Shown: positions 43,048 through 53,635 of the stretch, piece after piece | How positions within the stretch are numbered: the first letter of the stretch is position 1 | Layout of the letters: the number at the start of each line of letters is the position of its first letter | Assembly: GCA_965217895.1 (NCBI GenBank) | Contig: CBDCJV010000002.1 | Span: forward strand, 3,872,001 to 3,936,000 | Direction: 5' to 3' | Length of the DNA: 64,000 nucleotides | DNA from: Waterburya sp. | Lineage (GTDB): Bacteria > Cyanobacteriota > Cyanobacteriia > Cyanobacteriales > Xenococcaceae | The notes under the pieces: model-generated | Seen by the model: only the letters and a program-made list of their open reading frames with translations | What the model was told of the DNA's origin: nothing | The model's database searches: none | Translations under genes and position numbers: made by a program

Positions 43048-43351
43048 TTTGATTGTTAGATGAGATCCAACAATCTTTTCTGCTCTATAGGTTATTACCT
43101 ATTTGGACTTGTTTTTTTGTGAGTTTTTACACTCACTGCCTTAGTTCTATATTTTGGCTCTATCTCCAGCAAAATCTTTTTCTGTCTTTCGACATCCAAA
43201 GCTTTTGCTTTTTCTAGATATTATGCAGTTTTCAAGGTTCGCTTGCTAGAGTCTATAACTCCAGCATCCTCATCCTACCTTTTTGGCTGGTAGCTATGAC
43301 AGTGCTGAATCTATTCTCTTTATTTTTAGCTCTTTTTCTCTTTTCGTTTTT

Positions 43352-43427
43352 TGGTGGAGATAAGCGGACTCGAACCGCTGACATCCTGCTTGCAAAGCAG
43401 GCGCTCTACCAACTGAGCTATACCCCC
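43352..43427 (-). tRNA. tRNA-Ala(TGC)
   Basis: GGGGGTATAGCTCAG...TTGCAA...GGTTCGAGTCC...CCA; G3:U70; in the ITS. Confidence 0.97.
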
Positions 43428-43510
43428 TTTCATTTAACATTTATCAATTAACACTTATCATTCTCCAGCCATCGCTGTTTAATGTTCCATGTCAAATGTT
43501 CAATGTTTTA

Positions 43511-43587
<77 letters not shown>

Positions 43588-43750
43588 GCATTTTGGTTAG
43601 ACTCATTTGACTGAGTTTAAACCAGAACACAATTAGTTTGACAGTTCTTGATATTTACCAATTTTTCGTTTTGTAGACCGACCTTTGGTTTGACCTGTGA
43701 AGCTCCAGACATAAATATCTGTCTTGGACTCACGGTTTTGGTCTCCCTAT

Positions 43751-45240
<1,490 letters not shown>

Positions 45241-45462
45241 GATGAACATTTATTCATCAAGTTGATACTTGATTTTCTGCTCTTTCTTTTTGTTATCCTT
45301 AATAATTGACTTGCAGATAAAATCTTAAAGTCACTAAATTTGGGGATGGAATTTAATGTTTTTAATCTAAAAAACTTGGTGTTCTAAAAACTGTCAAACT
45401 ATTGCTTTGTCTAGGTTCTGGGCGTTGTTGACTGACTCATGTCTGTTAACCGCGCATTTACC

Positions 45463-45491
45463 AATATAGGTAATCTCAATCTCTCTGTCAA
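45463..45491 (-). promoter_or_regulatory. rrn sigma70-type promoter
   Basis: Minus strand TTGACA-N17-TATATT with an A/T-rich UP-like tract upstream. Confidence 0.8.
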
Positions 45492-45610
45492 CCCCCTTTT
45501 GAAAAAAAATGAAAGCTTTCTCCTTTTTGAGATTTATTTTTTCCATCAAAGCTTTGCTAGTTATAGTGTTATAACATCTTAAATTATTTTTTTAAAACCC
45601 AAAAAATTTT

Positions 45611-46465
45611 ATGGCTAGTTTACCTTCCTTAATAATTATTGATCGCCTGCTAGAAAATTGGTTGTTAGAAGACGTTGGTAGAGGAGACTTCACCACCGAG
45701 GGATTATTTGCAGAAGAGATTAAAAATAATCAGGCGATATGGGTAGTAAAAGAAGATGGGGTAATTGCAGGATTACCGATCGCGGCTAGAGTTTTTAAAT
45801 TATTAGATAGAGAGACAATGTTCAATCTTGACGTAAACGAAGGAGATTTTTGTAAGTCTGGAACAAAAATCGCCAGCATCAAAGGAAGTAGAAAGGCTTT
45901 ATTGACAGGAGAAAGAGTGGCACTAAATCTAGCCATGCGCTTGAGTGGGATTGCAACTGCAACCCGCAGCTATGTAGAAAAGATCGACGATTTTCTAGTT
46001 AAGCTGGTAGATACTAGAAAAACCACTCCAGGCTTGAGAGTATTAGAAAAATACGCTACTAGAGTTGGTGGTGCGGTTAATCATCGAATGGGATTGGATG
46101 ATGCGGTAATGCTCAAAGATAATCATATTAAGGCAGCAGGAGGAATTCAAAAAGCGATCGCACTTTTGCGTAACAATATTCCTTACCCTTTGAACATAGA
46201 GGTAGAGACAACAAATATAGAAGAAGTAAAGCAAGCATTAAAATATGGTGCAGACATAATCATGCTAGATAATATGCCAACTGAGTTAATGACTCAAGCA
46301 GTAAAGACAATTCGCGAGACAAATCCTAGAATTAGAATAGAAGCTTCAGGCAATATCACTTTAAAAACTATTCGTGCGGTGGCGCAAACAGGAGTTGATT
46401 ATATTTCTAGTAGCGCGCCGATAACGCGATCGCACTGGCTAGATTTGAGTATGAGAATGCTGTAA
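45611..46465 (+). CDS. nadC: Nicotinate-nucleotide pyrophosphorylase (QPRTase)
   Basis: DTRKTTPGLR, NHRMGLDD, KDNH, IEVET, IMLDN, EASGN. Confidence 0.96.
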   Translation: MASLPSLIIIDRLLENWLLEDVGRGDFTTEGLFAEEIKNNQAIWVVKEDGVIAGLPIAARVFKLLDRETMFNLDVNEGDFCKSGTKIASIKGSRKALLTGERVALNLAMRLSGIATATRSYVEKIDDFLVKLVDTRKTTPGLRVLEKYATRVGGAVNHRMGLDDAVMLKDNHIKAAGGIQKAIALLRNNIPYPLNIEVETTNIEEVKQALKYGADIIMLDNMPTELMTQAVKTIRETNPRIRIEASGNITLKTIRAVAQTGVDYISSSAPITRSHWLDLSMRML

Positions 46466-46569
46466 GGCATTACTTACTAGAATTACAAATCCAAATAAAA
46501 TATAAATAGTTCAACTAATTGATCGATCCCTCGGTTAACTTTAAGGCGTAGCTCTCTGATTCAATAACT

Positions 46570-47136
46570 ATGTTGATCTTGCAAGTAGACTGGAATCAAT
46601 TAGCGGAGATTAAAGAATTACAAGCTTATTTTCAGACAGATTTCCCAGGATTTCAAACTCTTGTTGAACAGTACATTAATAAGTTTGAACAATTTGGACA
46701 AGAAGAATTAAATAAACTTGCATATTTACGAGTATTGGAGGTGACTAACGGCTGTACTCAGTGGGGATTTCGGAGACAGGATGGAGAAAGCTTGCCTGTA
46801 GAAGATACTAGGCAATGTATGAAGTTGGTTATGGGATTTATTAAAAACAAGAAAGTTTACTTTCCTAGTAGAGGAATAATTATTTTTGAGCCTGAAGTTG
46901 AAAGTTTTATCGAGAATGGTCGTAAAATGTATTGTGATGCTTTCAAGAAAAATATTCCTGGCATGAAACGAGAATATTATGCTTCTTCGGCAGCGCAATT
47001 TATTGTTTATGGTGCTAAAAACTTGCGACTAGCAATGGATTGTGTGAAGCATGACTATGAATACCTTTTCTCTGCCTATTCTATTCAAAGAGGACGTGAT
47101 TATATTGCTCCATATCTCGCTAGTATTTCTGCTTAA
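46570..47136 (+). CDS. Hypothetical protein
   Basis: 188-aa ORF with normal composition; no recognised motif. Confidence 0.65.
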   Translation: MLILQVDWNQLAEIKELQAYFQTDFPGFQTLVEQYINKFEQFGQEELNKLAYLRVLEVTNGCTQWGFRRQDGESLPVEDTRQCMKLVMGFIKNKKVYFPSRGIIIFEPEVESFIENGRKMYCDAFKKNIPGMKREYYASSAAQFIVYGAKNLRLAMDCVKHDYEYLFSAYSIQRGRDYIAPYLASISA

Positions 47137-47192
47137 GCCCTTGTTTTTGAATGTTTAAACTGAAGATAAACACATTAAATTAAAGAGTATAG

Positions 47193-47987
47193 TCAAATAG
47201 AAATCTCTTCAATCTCATTAATTGATTTGCGCCATTCTTGATGATCATTCTGCTTTTTACTTACCTCTGACAGGAATTGATAATAAGGACAAGCTTGTTG
47301 GCAGTTTCCCCTATGAGGTAAATCTATTTGTAATTGACTATAATCAGCCAGCCATGTCTCTAAATTAGCTAATAAATGAATCAAGTCTTGTTGTGTTTGC
47401 TGATGTTGCTGTTCACTATAGTCAAAAACGGTGTTTTGAGGCTTACCAGATTTAGCAAACCAATAAACCATTTGAATCTGTTCAGGAACGTATTCAGAAG
47501 TTTCGGCTAGTACATAAAGATATAGCTTTGTTTGCCAATTATCCACTAAATCTTTGAAGCTTCGTGGTTGACGATGTGTTTTCCAGTCGAGAATTATTGC
47601 TCTATCTTTTTTAGCAATTAGCAAATCATAAATGACCGTAAGTAAAAAGTTATCCGAGGTGATAGTGCGACAATGTTCAGCTTCGCGCCAAATATCAGAA
47701 TCTTGTTCTTGAAGGTAGGGATTGGCTTGAACTAAAGCTTTAAAAGCGAAATCTAGATCTGGATCTGCCGTTAGCAATGAATCAATAGGTAAAGTTAGCT
47801 CTCTTTGCTGCATCAATAGGTGAAATCGACTTCCCCATTGCATACTTTCCTGTTTCTCAGGTTCAGGCAGAAAAGTCAAGCCATCAAGATAAACTTGCTG
47901 AAACTTTGGAGGACAACATTCCAAGAGGTTGAGATGCCCTTGAGATAAATGAATTAAAGGTGATAGTTGGTCTGGCAAATTACTCAT
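47193..47987 (-). CDS. PD-(D/E)XK nuclease-family protein
   Basis: LSQGHLN..CPPKF, WGSRFH, IYDLL..IILDWKT, QTKLYLY. Confidence 0.85.
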   Translation of the reverse strand: MSNLPDQLSPLIHLSQGHLNLLECCPPKFQQVYLDGLTFLPEPEKQESMQWGSRFHLLMQQRELTLPIDSLLTADPDLDFAFKALVQANPYLQEQDSDIWREAEHCRTITSDNFLLTVIYDLLIAKKDRAIILDWKTHRQPRSFKDLVDNWQTKLYLYVLAETSEYVPEQIQMVYWFAKSGKPQNTVFDYSEQQHQQTQQDLIHLLANLETWLADYSQLQIDLPHRGNCQQACPYYQFLSEVSKKQNDHQEWRKSINEIEEISI

Positions 47988-48032
47988 TTTTATTGCGTTA
48001 CCCTGACCGTCAGACAGCCAGGGTCTAATGTT

Positions 48033-48401
48033 TTAGTCTTCATCTAGAGGCAAACCAAATCTGACTTTTCCTCTGGCGAAATAGCGGCCAAACTGCATTT
48101 CGTATACTTCGTCTTCATCTTGTGTCTCTACTTCTAAATCTGAACGAGGATAACTAACGCACAGTAAAGCATAACCTTGTTCTTTAAGCTTGGGAGATAA
48201 TCCCATTGCTTCTGGCTGATCTAGTTCCCCTGAGATAACTTTTACCGCACAGCTAGTACAGGCACCATTACGACACAAAAAAGGCAGTTTTGCATCTTGT
48301 TGTTCAGCAGTTTGCAAAATGTATTGATCTTCTGTAACTTCGACAATGTAGTGTTTTCCAGTAGCGCGATCGCGAACTTTTACTATATGGGTTTTGCTCA
48401 T
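48033..48401 (-). CDS. Plant-type 2Fe-2S ferredoxin with C-terminal extension (Fed2/FdC2-like)
   Basis: CRNGACTSC...LLC and QDEDEVYEMQFGRYF tail. Confidence 0.9.
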   Translation of the reverse strand: MSKTHIVKVRDRATGKHYIVEVTEDQYILQTAEQQDAKLPFLCRNGACTSCAVKVISGELDQPEAMGLSPKLKEQGYALLCVSYPRSDLEVETQDEDEVYEMQFGRYFARGKVRFGLPLDED

Positions 48402-48467
48402 TTAATTAACTATGCTGCTGTTTAAATATTGTTTAAATGACCTAATAAGTAGGTAGACGGAATTAAA

Positions 48468-49208
48468 TTAACTAAACATCGCTTTGATATATTCTCGACG
48501 CATAGAGGCAATAGCATCTAAAGAAATACCTTTGGGACAGACTGCGGTACATTCTCCATGATTAGAACAGTCGCCAAAGCCTTCATTTGCCATTTGTGCT
48601 GTCATATCAAGTACCCGCTGTTTGCGTTCGGGGTGTCCTTGAGGAAGCAATGCTAGATGAGAAACTTTAGCGGCGGTAAATAGAGAGGCAGAAGCATTAG
48701 GACAAGCAGCAACACAAGCACCACAGCCGATACAGGCTGCATAATCAAATGCGCGATCGCTATTTTCTTTGGCTACAGGTAAAGAATTAGCATCAGGTGC
48801 AGCACCAGTATTAACAGAGATATATCCCCCCGCAGCAACTATACGATCGAATGCCGAGCGATCGACTACTAAATCTTTAACCACAGGAAAAGCTTTTGCT
48901 CGCCAGGGTTCTACTATAACTGTGTCTCCATCCTGAAAACTTCTAAGGTGTAGTTGACATACGGCAGTTTGTTTTTGTTCTCCATGGGCCACCCCATTAA
49001 CCATCATGCCACAAGAGCCACAAATCCCTTCACCACAGTCGCTATCAAAAGCTACAGGTTCTTGGCCATTTTTGATTAGCTGCTCGTTTAATACGTCTAA
49101 TAGTTCAATAAACGACATACTAGGATGAGCATTAAATACAGTGTATTCTTCTAATTTTCCTTTAGCTTCGACATTAGGTTGTCGCCAAACTTTCAAATTA
49201 ATTTTCAT
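48468..49208 (-). CDS. sdhB: Succinate dehydrogenase/fumarate reductase Fe-S subunit
   Basis: CGEGICGSC, VVKDLVVD, CIGCGACVAACP, CSNHGECTAVCP. Confidence 0.92.
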   Translation of the reverse strand: MKINLKVWRQPNVEAKGKLEEYTVFNAHPSMSFIELLDVLNEQLIKNGQEPVAFDSDCGEGICGSCGMMVNGVAHGEQKQTAVCQLHLRSFQDGDTVIVEPWRAKAFPVVKDLVVDRSAFDRIVAAGGYISVNTGAAPDANSLPVAKENSDRAFDYAACIGCGACVAACPNASASLFTAAKVSHLALLPQGHPERKQRVLDMTAQMANEGFGDCSNHGECTAVCPKGISLDAIASMRREYIKAMFS

Positions 49209-49320
49209 AAGTATAGATTTAAAGATATTTAAATATAAATTAGTTCTGCCAAGATTAATTTAACAAAATTAGCTAATCACCTTGTTGAAGAATAAATAGG
49301 AAGTAGAAAGTATGCTCGAT

Positions 49321-49836
49321 CTAAAATTGCAAATAGTACATTAACTGCGATATTAACCCACTATCTAGATTTAGACGACGTTGAAGATCGACAATATTGC
49401 GATATTTACCGTTTTCCTGACGATTTTCTAGAAATATAGAGGCTAAATTTAGATCCAAGCCAGGAATTGCAGCGATCTCTTCTAGTTCAGCAGCATTAAG
49501 ATTGACTTTCTTCGGACTTAAAGGACTAAGACGATCATAGTAGGCAAAAGTGAGAATCGGCTCATAAGGTTGAAGACGCTGCACAGAAACGCTAATTGCA
49601 GCAGCAACATCTTCAAGACAAACTAGCTGCACTCCCATTTTAACTAACTCTACAAGCGATCGCCCCTGATGAATAGAAAACCCTGGCAGCCTTAGCCAAT
49701 CATCTATTGTCGCTTGATTCACATCAATTCTAATTCCCATCTCAACGGCAATCGCAATTTCTCGTAACGACTGAAAACGATAGTAAGGATCGTTGGCTAT
49801 TTTATTTCTGATCCCAATTTCAGATAACTTAAACAT
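49321..49836 (-). CDS. ComEA-like helix-hairpin-helix DNA-binding protein
   Basis: Two HhH units IDVNQAT..WLRLPG and VNLNAAE..IAAIPG. Confidence 0.8.
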   Translation of the reverse strand: MFKLSEIGIRNKIANDPYYRFQSLREIAIAVEMGIRIDVNQATIDDWLRLPGFSIHQGRSLVELVKMGVQLVCLEDVAAAISVSVQRLQPYEPILTFAYYDRLSPLSPKKVNLNAAELEEIAAIPGLDLNLASIFLENRQENGKYRNIVDLQRRLNLDSGLISQLMYYLQF

Positions 49837-49893
49837 TACTGTACGGGCAAGCGGTTGTTAGTTCCTAACTAATTACTGTTCATTATTAATTAC

Positions 49894-50274
49894 TTAGGCA
49901 ATGCGTTCTAATAGCAGACGGCGTTTCTGCTCAAACTCATACTCTGTAACTAAACCGTCTTCCCGTAGTCGATCTAGTTCTCGCATAGCCTCGGCGATCG
50001 CGCCAACTTGAGGTGAGGTATTAAGATTGTATTGGCTATGGCCGTTAAACTGACGTTCAAACTGCTCTTGATCTTGAACAAAATACCAGACTGCATCAAT
50101 AGCAGCAGCAATTCTAGAGATCGGTGTCGACCACAGAAGAATATAGATAATTCCCCAGATGGGCTGCCCTAAATATAGTTTATGAAGTCCAGAGATCGGT
50201 GTAATTGTCCCTAACAAGGCTAGTGCTATAGCAACGCGCCTATTTTTGTGGTGTTTAAATAGTTTGTCTAACAC
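49894..50274 (-). CDS. NINE/TM2-domain membrane protein with C-terminal SHOCT
   Basis: GLHKLYLGQ..WG TM2 motif; LDRLREDGLVTEYEFEQKR SHOCT motif. Confidence 0.85.
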   Translation of the reverse strand: MLDKLFKHHKNRRVAIALALLGTITPISGLHKLYLGQPIWGIIYILLWSTPISRIAAAIDAVWYFVQDQEQFERQFNGHSQYNLNTSPQVGAIAEAMRELDRLREDGLVTEYEFEQKRRLLLERIA

Positions 50275-50312
50275 TGGTGGATAAATATTGATTAAGGTAA
50301 ATAATTTGAATT

Positions 50313-51524
50313 TTATCTAACCAGTTCTTTGACTAGCTCGTAGTAAAGAAGTCTGGTTGCTTTGAATAATATCCTAATTAATGCGTCTTTGCCCTTAACT
50401 GTTTGTCTCAGTTCTTGGTAGCGATCGCTTAAGCGTTTTCCAATCTCTGAAGAGATTCTGTAGTCTGTTGGTGCAATCGTGCAGACAGCCCAAACATACA
50501 GATGAGAACGAACCATTGAGCTACCGTGAAACTTTTTGACCGATTTTTTACCAGAGTCTTTGTAGCTATAGCTCATACCCAAAAATGATTGAAATTTGCG
50601 TAAAGAGCGATCGCGTTTTTGTAATCGATCGCCATGGCCATATTCTCGATCAATTAATGGCTTGCCACCCACTAGAAACTTATCGAAAGGATAAATATTA
50701 AATAGCAGCAATGACCGACATGAAATACCAAAGTTAAAGCGGTCAAACACTCTGTTATAACCATCAAAATTAGAATCGGTTATCGCGCTTTGTAGCTCTA
50801 ATAAATGCTGCCAATAGCGTTTTTCAACTTCTACTATCGCTCCTGCATGATCGCGTGTATAGTCAGAAATTTTTATATTAAGATCGCGAGCAATTGATAA
50901 CTTGTGTTTCTTGTCATACCTAACGTTTGGCGTATCTGTAGCCAACCAATAAATTAATGGCGTATAACCTTTAACATCACTTATTTTCATCTTAACGTTA
51001 GCAATCTCTGGTAATTCGTAACTCAATCTTTGCCGTAGTTGGGCAACAAGATTAGTTCTTAATTTTTGAAGCTGTTCTTTAGCTAGAAATAATTCTCTAA
51101 GATTAGTTACTAGTTCATTTTGATAGTAATTGAGATACCTTTTATTGCCTTGAATATTAACAAAAGAAGGATCGAAATAGGTTGCAGCTAACGATAGCGC
51201 GTCTTCAGTATCTCTTTTGTTCTTAAAACCGTATTCGCCACGAGCGCAATACAGATCGGTATGGCTAACCCAATAAATTGCTATGCCGTCATGTTTGGCT
51301 AGCGTTACCCAAAACTGAGCATACCAATGTCCGCTGGGTTCTAACACAATTCCGTTTGGTTGAAGCGATCGCAGTAATTCCGCTCCAGCTCGATCGCAAT
51401 TTACTTGATAAAATTTCTTCTCTCGTCGCAGTTTTTGGTAATGCTGAAGTATATTTTGTGGAAAGGAACTTAGACAGCATAAAACAGCCGATCCACGACC
51501 GACATCTAAACCAATAATTTTCAT
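50313..51524 (-). CDS. IS110-family (DEDD RuvC + Tnp20-like) recombinase, 403 aa; candidate element integrase
   Basis: IIGLDVG (D), VLEPSG (E), KRDTEDA (D,D); C-terminal FLGMSYSYKDSG (catalytic-Ser motif) and GSSMVRSHLY; start reassigned to ATG at 51524. Confidence 0.85.
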   Translation of the reverse strand: MKIIGLDVGRGSAVLCCLSSFPQNILQHYQKLRREKKFYQVNCDRAGAELLRSLQPNGIVLEPSGHWYAQFWVTLAKHDGIAIYWVSHTDLYCARGEYGFKNKRDTEDALSLAATYFDPSFVNIQGNKRYLNYYQNELVTNLRELFLAKEQLQKLRTNLVAQLRQRLSYELPEIANVKMKISDVKGYTPLIYWLATDTPNVRYDKKHKLSIARDLNIKISDYTRDHAGAIVEVEKRYWQHLLELQSAITDSNFDGYNRVFDRFNFGISCRSLLLFNIYPFDKFLVGGKPLIDREYGHGDRLQKRDRSLRKFQSFLGMSYSYKDSGKKSVKKFHGSSMVRSHLYVWAVCTIAPTDYRISSEIGKRLSDRYQELRQTVKGKDALIRILFKATRLLYYELVKELVR

Positions 51525-51567
51525 GTAATAATAGTTAAAGGAGTATAAACAGAAAAAGCTACGGCAC

Positions 51568-51763
51568 GGCGGCTTTTTTGTATGAATATTCACACAAAAA
51601 ACGCGCCTTATCTTACTAAACTCCCAAAAGCTCGTCACAGCTTATTTTTATCTTTAAGATTTTGTCGTAGCTATATGTATCAGGGCTTATTAATTCAAAA
51701 AGCGATCTCTGCTTAATTTACTTTGAAAGCCCAATTAATACATATGCGGAACTTACCGCGACA
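51568..51763. ncRNA. Candidate bridge/seek RNA upstream of the IS110 recombinase
   Basis: Two stem / ~12-nt arm / hairpin / ~12-nt arm / stem units (51610-51660 and 51673-51745) plus a long hairpin (51568-51607); arms of one unit match the element ends; transcribed strand uncertain. Confidence 0.55.
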
Positions 51764-51815
51764 TCAATTTTTAATTAATGTTTCGATCGCTTGTCCAGAC
51801 AATCTCATCAGGCGG

Positions 51816-52022
51816 TTATTTTTTTGGCTTTAATACTTCAATAATTGATACATCAATATCATTTTCGGTGATGGTTAAAAAGCCTTCATCAAAAGCAATG
51901 CAGTAAACCCATTTACCTTGATATGAGTAAGTTTTACTGACAACTTTCCCTATAGTTCCAGGAATGCGATCGCCGATCTCATATTTTGGTTTATTCATCA
52001 CTAAAAAGGAATTTGATCCCAT
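51816..52022 (-). CDS. Element hypothetical protein
   Basis: Last gene of a tightly packed leftward operon; PKYEIGDRI start typical of small phage proteins. Confidence 0.55.
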   Translation of the reverse strand: MGSNSFLVMNKPKYEIGDRIPGTIGKVVSKTYSYQGKWVYCIAFDEGFLTITENDIDVSIIEVLKPKK

Positions 52023-52034
52023 TCTTTATCTAAT

Positions 52035-52433
52035 TTATTCTGGATAAGCGTTGCCAGTGGTAGGTAGACTTTTCGATAAACTATTCAGTGCCTCCTTCGG
52101 GAATTCGGCATTATCTGTTTTCAATCCTTGTATTTGTAAAAAATTGCTGACTAGTTGCCATTGTTTGTAAGCAGACTCTAGCTTTTGAGTAAGTTCAAGA
52201 AATTCTTGAGCAGTTTTATCAAATTCATCATGCAATTCATCGTGTTTTTTCTTAATATTCTCATCGAGGTTTTCTAAAACTCTAGAGCGCAACAGTTCTA
52301 AAGTAGCAGGATAGTCATTGAAATTATCTATTTCTACCGATAGCTCAATACTCTCTTTATCCCCACCATACGCTCCATTGATTTGTCCTGATGCAGTATA
52401 AGTTACGATCATCTTTTTTAACGTATTTTCCAT
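52035..52433 (-). CDS. Element hypothetical protein (coiled coil)
   Basis: 132 aa in the leftward operon. Confidence 0.65.
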   Translation of the reverse strand: MENTLKKMIVTYTASGQINGAYGGDKESIELSVEIDNFNDYPATLELLRSRVLENLDENIKKKHDELHDEFDKTAQEFLELTQKLESAYKQWQLVSNFLQIQGLKTDNAEFPKEALNSLSKSLPTTGNAYPE

Positions 52434-52482
52434 AATTTAAGTAATGCAATGCCCTATCTAGAATAGACATCACGCGATTTGT

Positions 52483-52722
52483 TTACTGGTTAGATTTTTT
52501 GTACTCGATAATTTTTGTTAGCTCCGAGGCATAAAATTGCTGTAAAGCTCTATCGGCTTGAAGCAATCTTTGCCATTTAGCCTCTAACTGCGATCCTGTG
52601 ATGTGAAGAGCTTTTCTCAAATCATCTTTTGATGTCCAATGAAAAGCCGTGGCAAGCTCACGTACTGAGTAATCCATCAGCCGATCGCCAGGAGATATTT
52701 CAAATAGGTCGCGACCATTCAT
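52483..52722 (-). CDS. Element hypothetical protein, possibly HTH-like
   Basis: 79 aa; SKDDLRKALHIT helix pattern; 7-bp spacing to upstream gene. Confidence 0.55.
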   Translation of the reverse strand: MNGRDLFEISPGDRLMDYSVRELATAFHWTSKDDLRKALHITGSQLEAKWQRLLQADRALQQFYASELTKIIEYKKSNQ

Positions 52723-52729
52723 AATTTAT

Positions 52730-53017
52730 TTACCTCCGATATTGATTCAAGAATTTATTGGCTTCAACATACTCGCTGTTCCAGCCTGGGTCTGCGTAGG
52801 CATTCGTTGAATAAGCTTGTTCATCCAAGGCATTGATTACCGCCATCAGTTGATTTTTAGTAATTTTGCCTTGGGTATACGCGCTAGTTGCAGCACCCAG
52901 CACGTCAGTTGATGCTACAGGGCTATTTTCCCTCACGGCAGCTTCCATCGCTTTGGTGATTAGGTTTATGCCCATAGCTAGCAATTGTGCTTGTGCTTTG
53001 CGGTCAATGTTACACAT
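52730..53017 (-). CDS. Element hypothetical protein
   Basis: 95 aa; first gene of the leftward operon. Confidence 0.6.
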   Translation of the reverse strand: MCNIDRKAQAQLLAMGINLITKAMEAAVRENSPVASTDVLGAATSAYTQGKITKNQLMAVINALDEQAYSTNAYADPGWNSEYVEANKFLNQYRR

Positions 53018-53260
53018 GGTTTTTATTTAATTTTCAGTGGTTCGGTTGATTGATTGCTAGTAATCTTAGGCTTGGGGTCACTAACCGCTAGCTGATATAT
53101 TTACTACTGCCTCGATGACTGGTTCATCCAGTCCCACAGGGTAGGATTCTCACCTACAGGACTTACGCCTTTACGTTGGGCAATCATGAGAGACAATTAG
53201 GGCATCAAACGTTATGGATTTCGACCCCGACAGCGTTTGATGTTTTTTGTTGTCTCATTA

Positions 53261-53328
53261 CATGAAGTCTACCTCATCTGATTTGAAAAAGTCAAGAGGT
53301 TGACTTCATGAAGTTAAGTTCATATTAT
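53261..53328. promoter_or_regulatory. Divergent promoters with inverted-repeat operator (genetic switch region)
   Basis: CATGAAGTCTACCTC (53261-53275) / GAGGTTGACTTCATG (53296-53310), 14/15 inverted repeat; leftward TTGACT-N18-TAGACT; rightward TTGACT-N17-TATTAT. Confidence 0.6.
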
Positions 53329-53569
53329 GAAAGAAAATCCAAAGCGTGAGAAGACACCCGTGAGAGTATTTAGAGAAGAATTGGGACTAACTCGTGTTGA
53401 GCTAGGTAGACGGATCGGATTATCCGAAAGAAGTCTAGCAGATATTGAATTAGGTAATTCTATACCTAAACTTGAAACGGTTGTTGCTATGTCTCGTGAG
53501 TTAAAAAAATCACTCAAGGTAATGGTAAAAGCATTGGGAATAGATGTATCGAATATTCCTGATGACTAA
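53327..53569 (+). CDS. XRE/Cro-family HTH regulator
   Basis: FREELGLTRVELGRRIGLSERSLADIELGNSIP. Confidence 0.88.
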   Translation: MKENPKREKTPVRVFREELGLTRVELGRRIGLSERSLADIELGNSIPKLETVVAMSRELKKSLKVMVKALGIDVSNIPDD

Positions 53570-53635
53570 AAATAATGGCAAGCAGTTTTATCCTGCCTGC
53601 CATTTATCAATTCAATAATTAACTAAATACTAACA

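Noticed and set aside
51525..51638. 38-aa N-terminal extension of the IS110 ORF in the ORF track
   Set aside because: IS110 proteins start just before the GxD motif; the extension overlaps the structured RNA candidate
51752..51778. Inverted att-like sequence (minus AATTGATGTCGCGGTAAGT, 14/19 to the right junction) as the end of a stand-alone IS
   Set aside because: AT-rich, imperfect and part of the RNA stem; cannot be told from chance without homologs, though it should be rechecked if the IS proves autonomous
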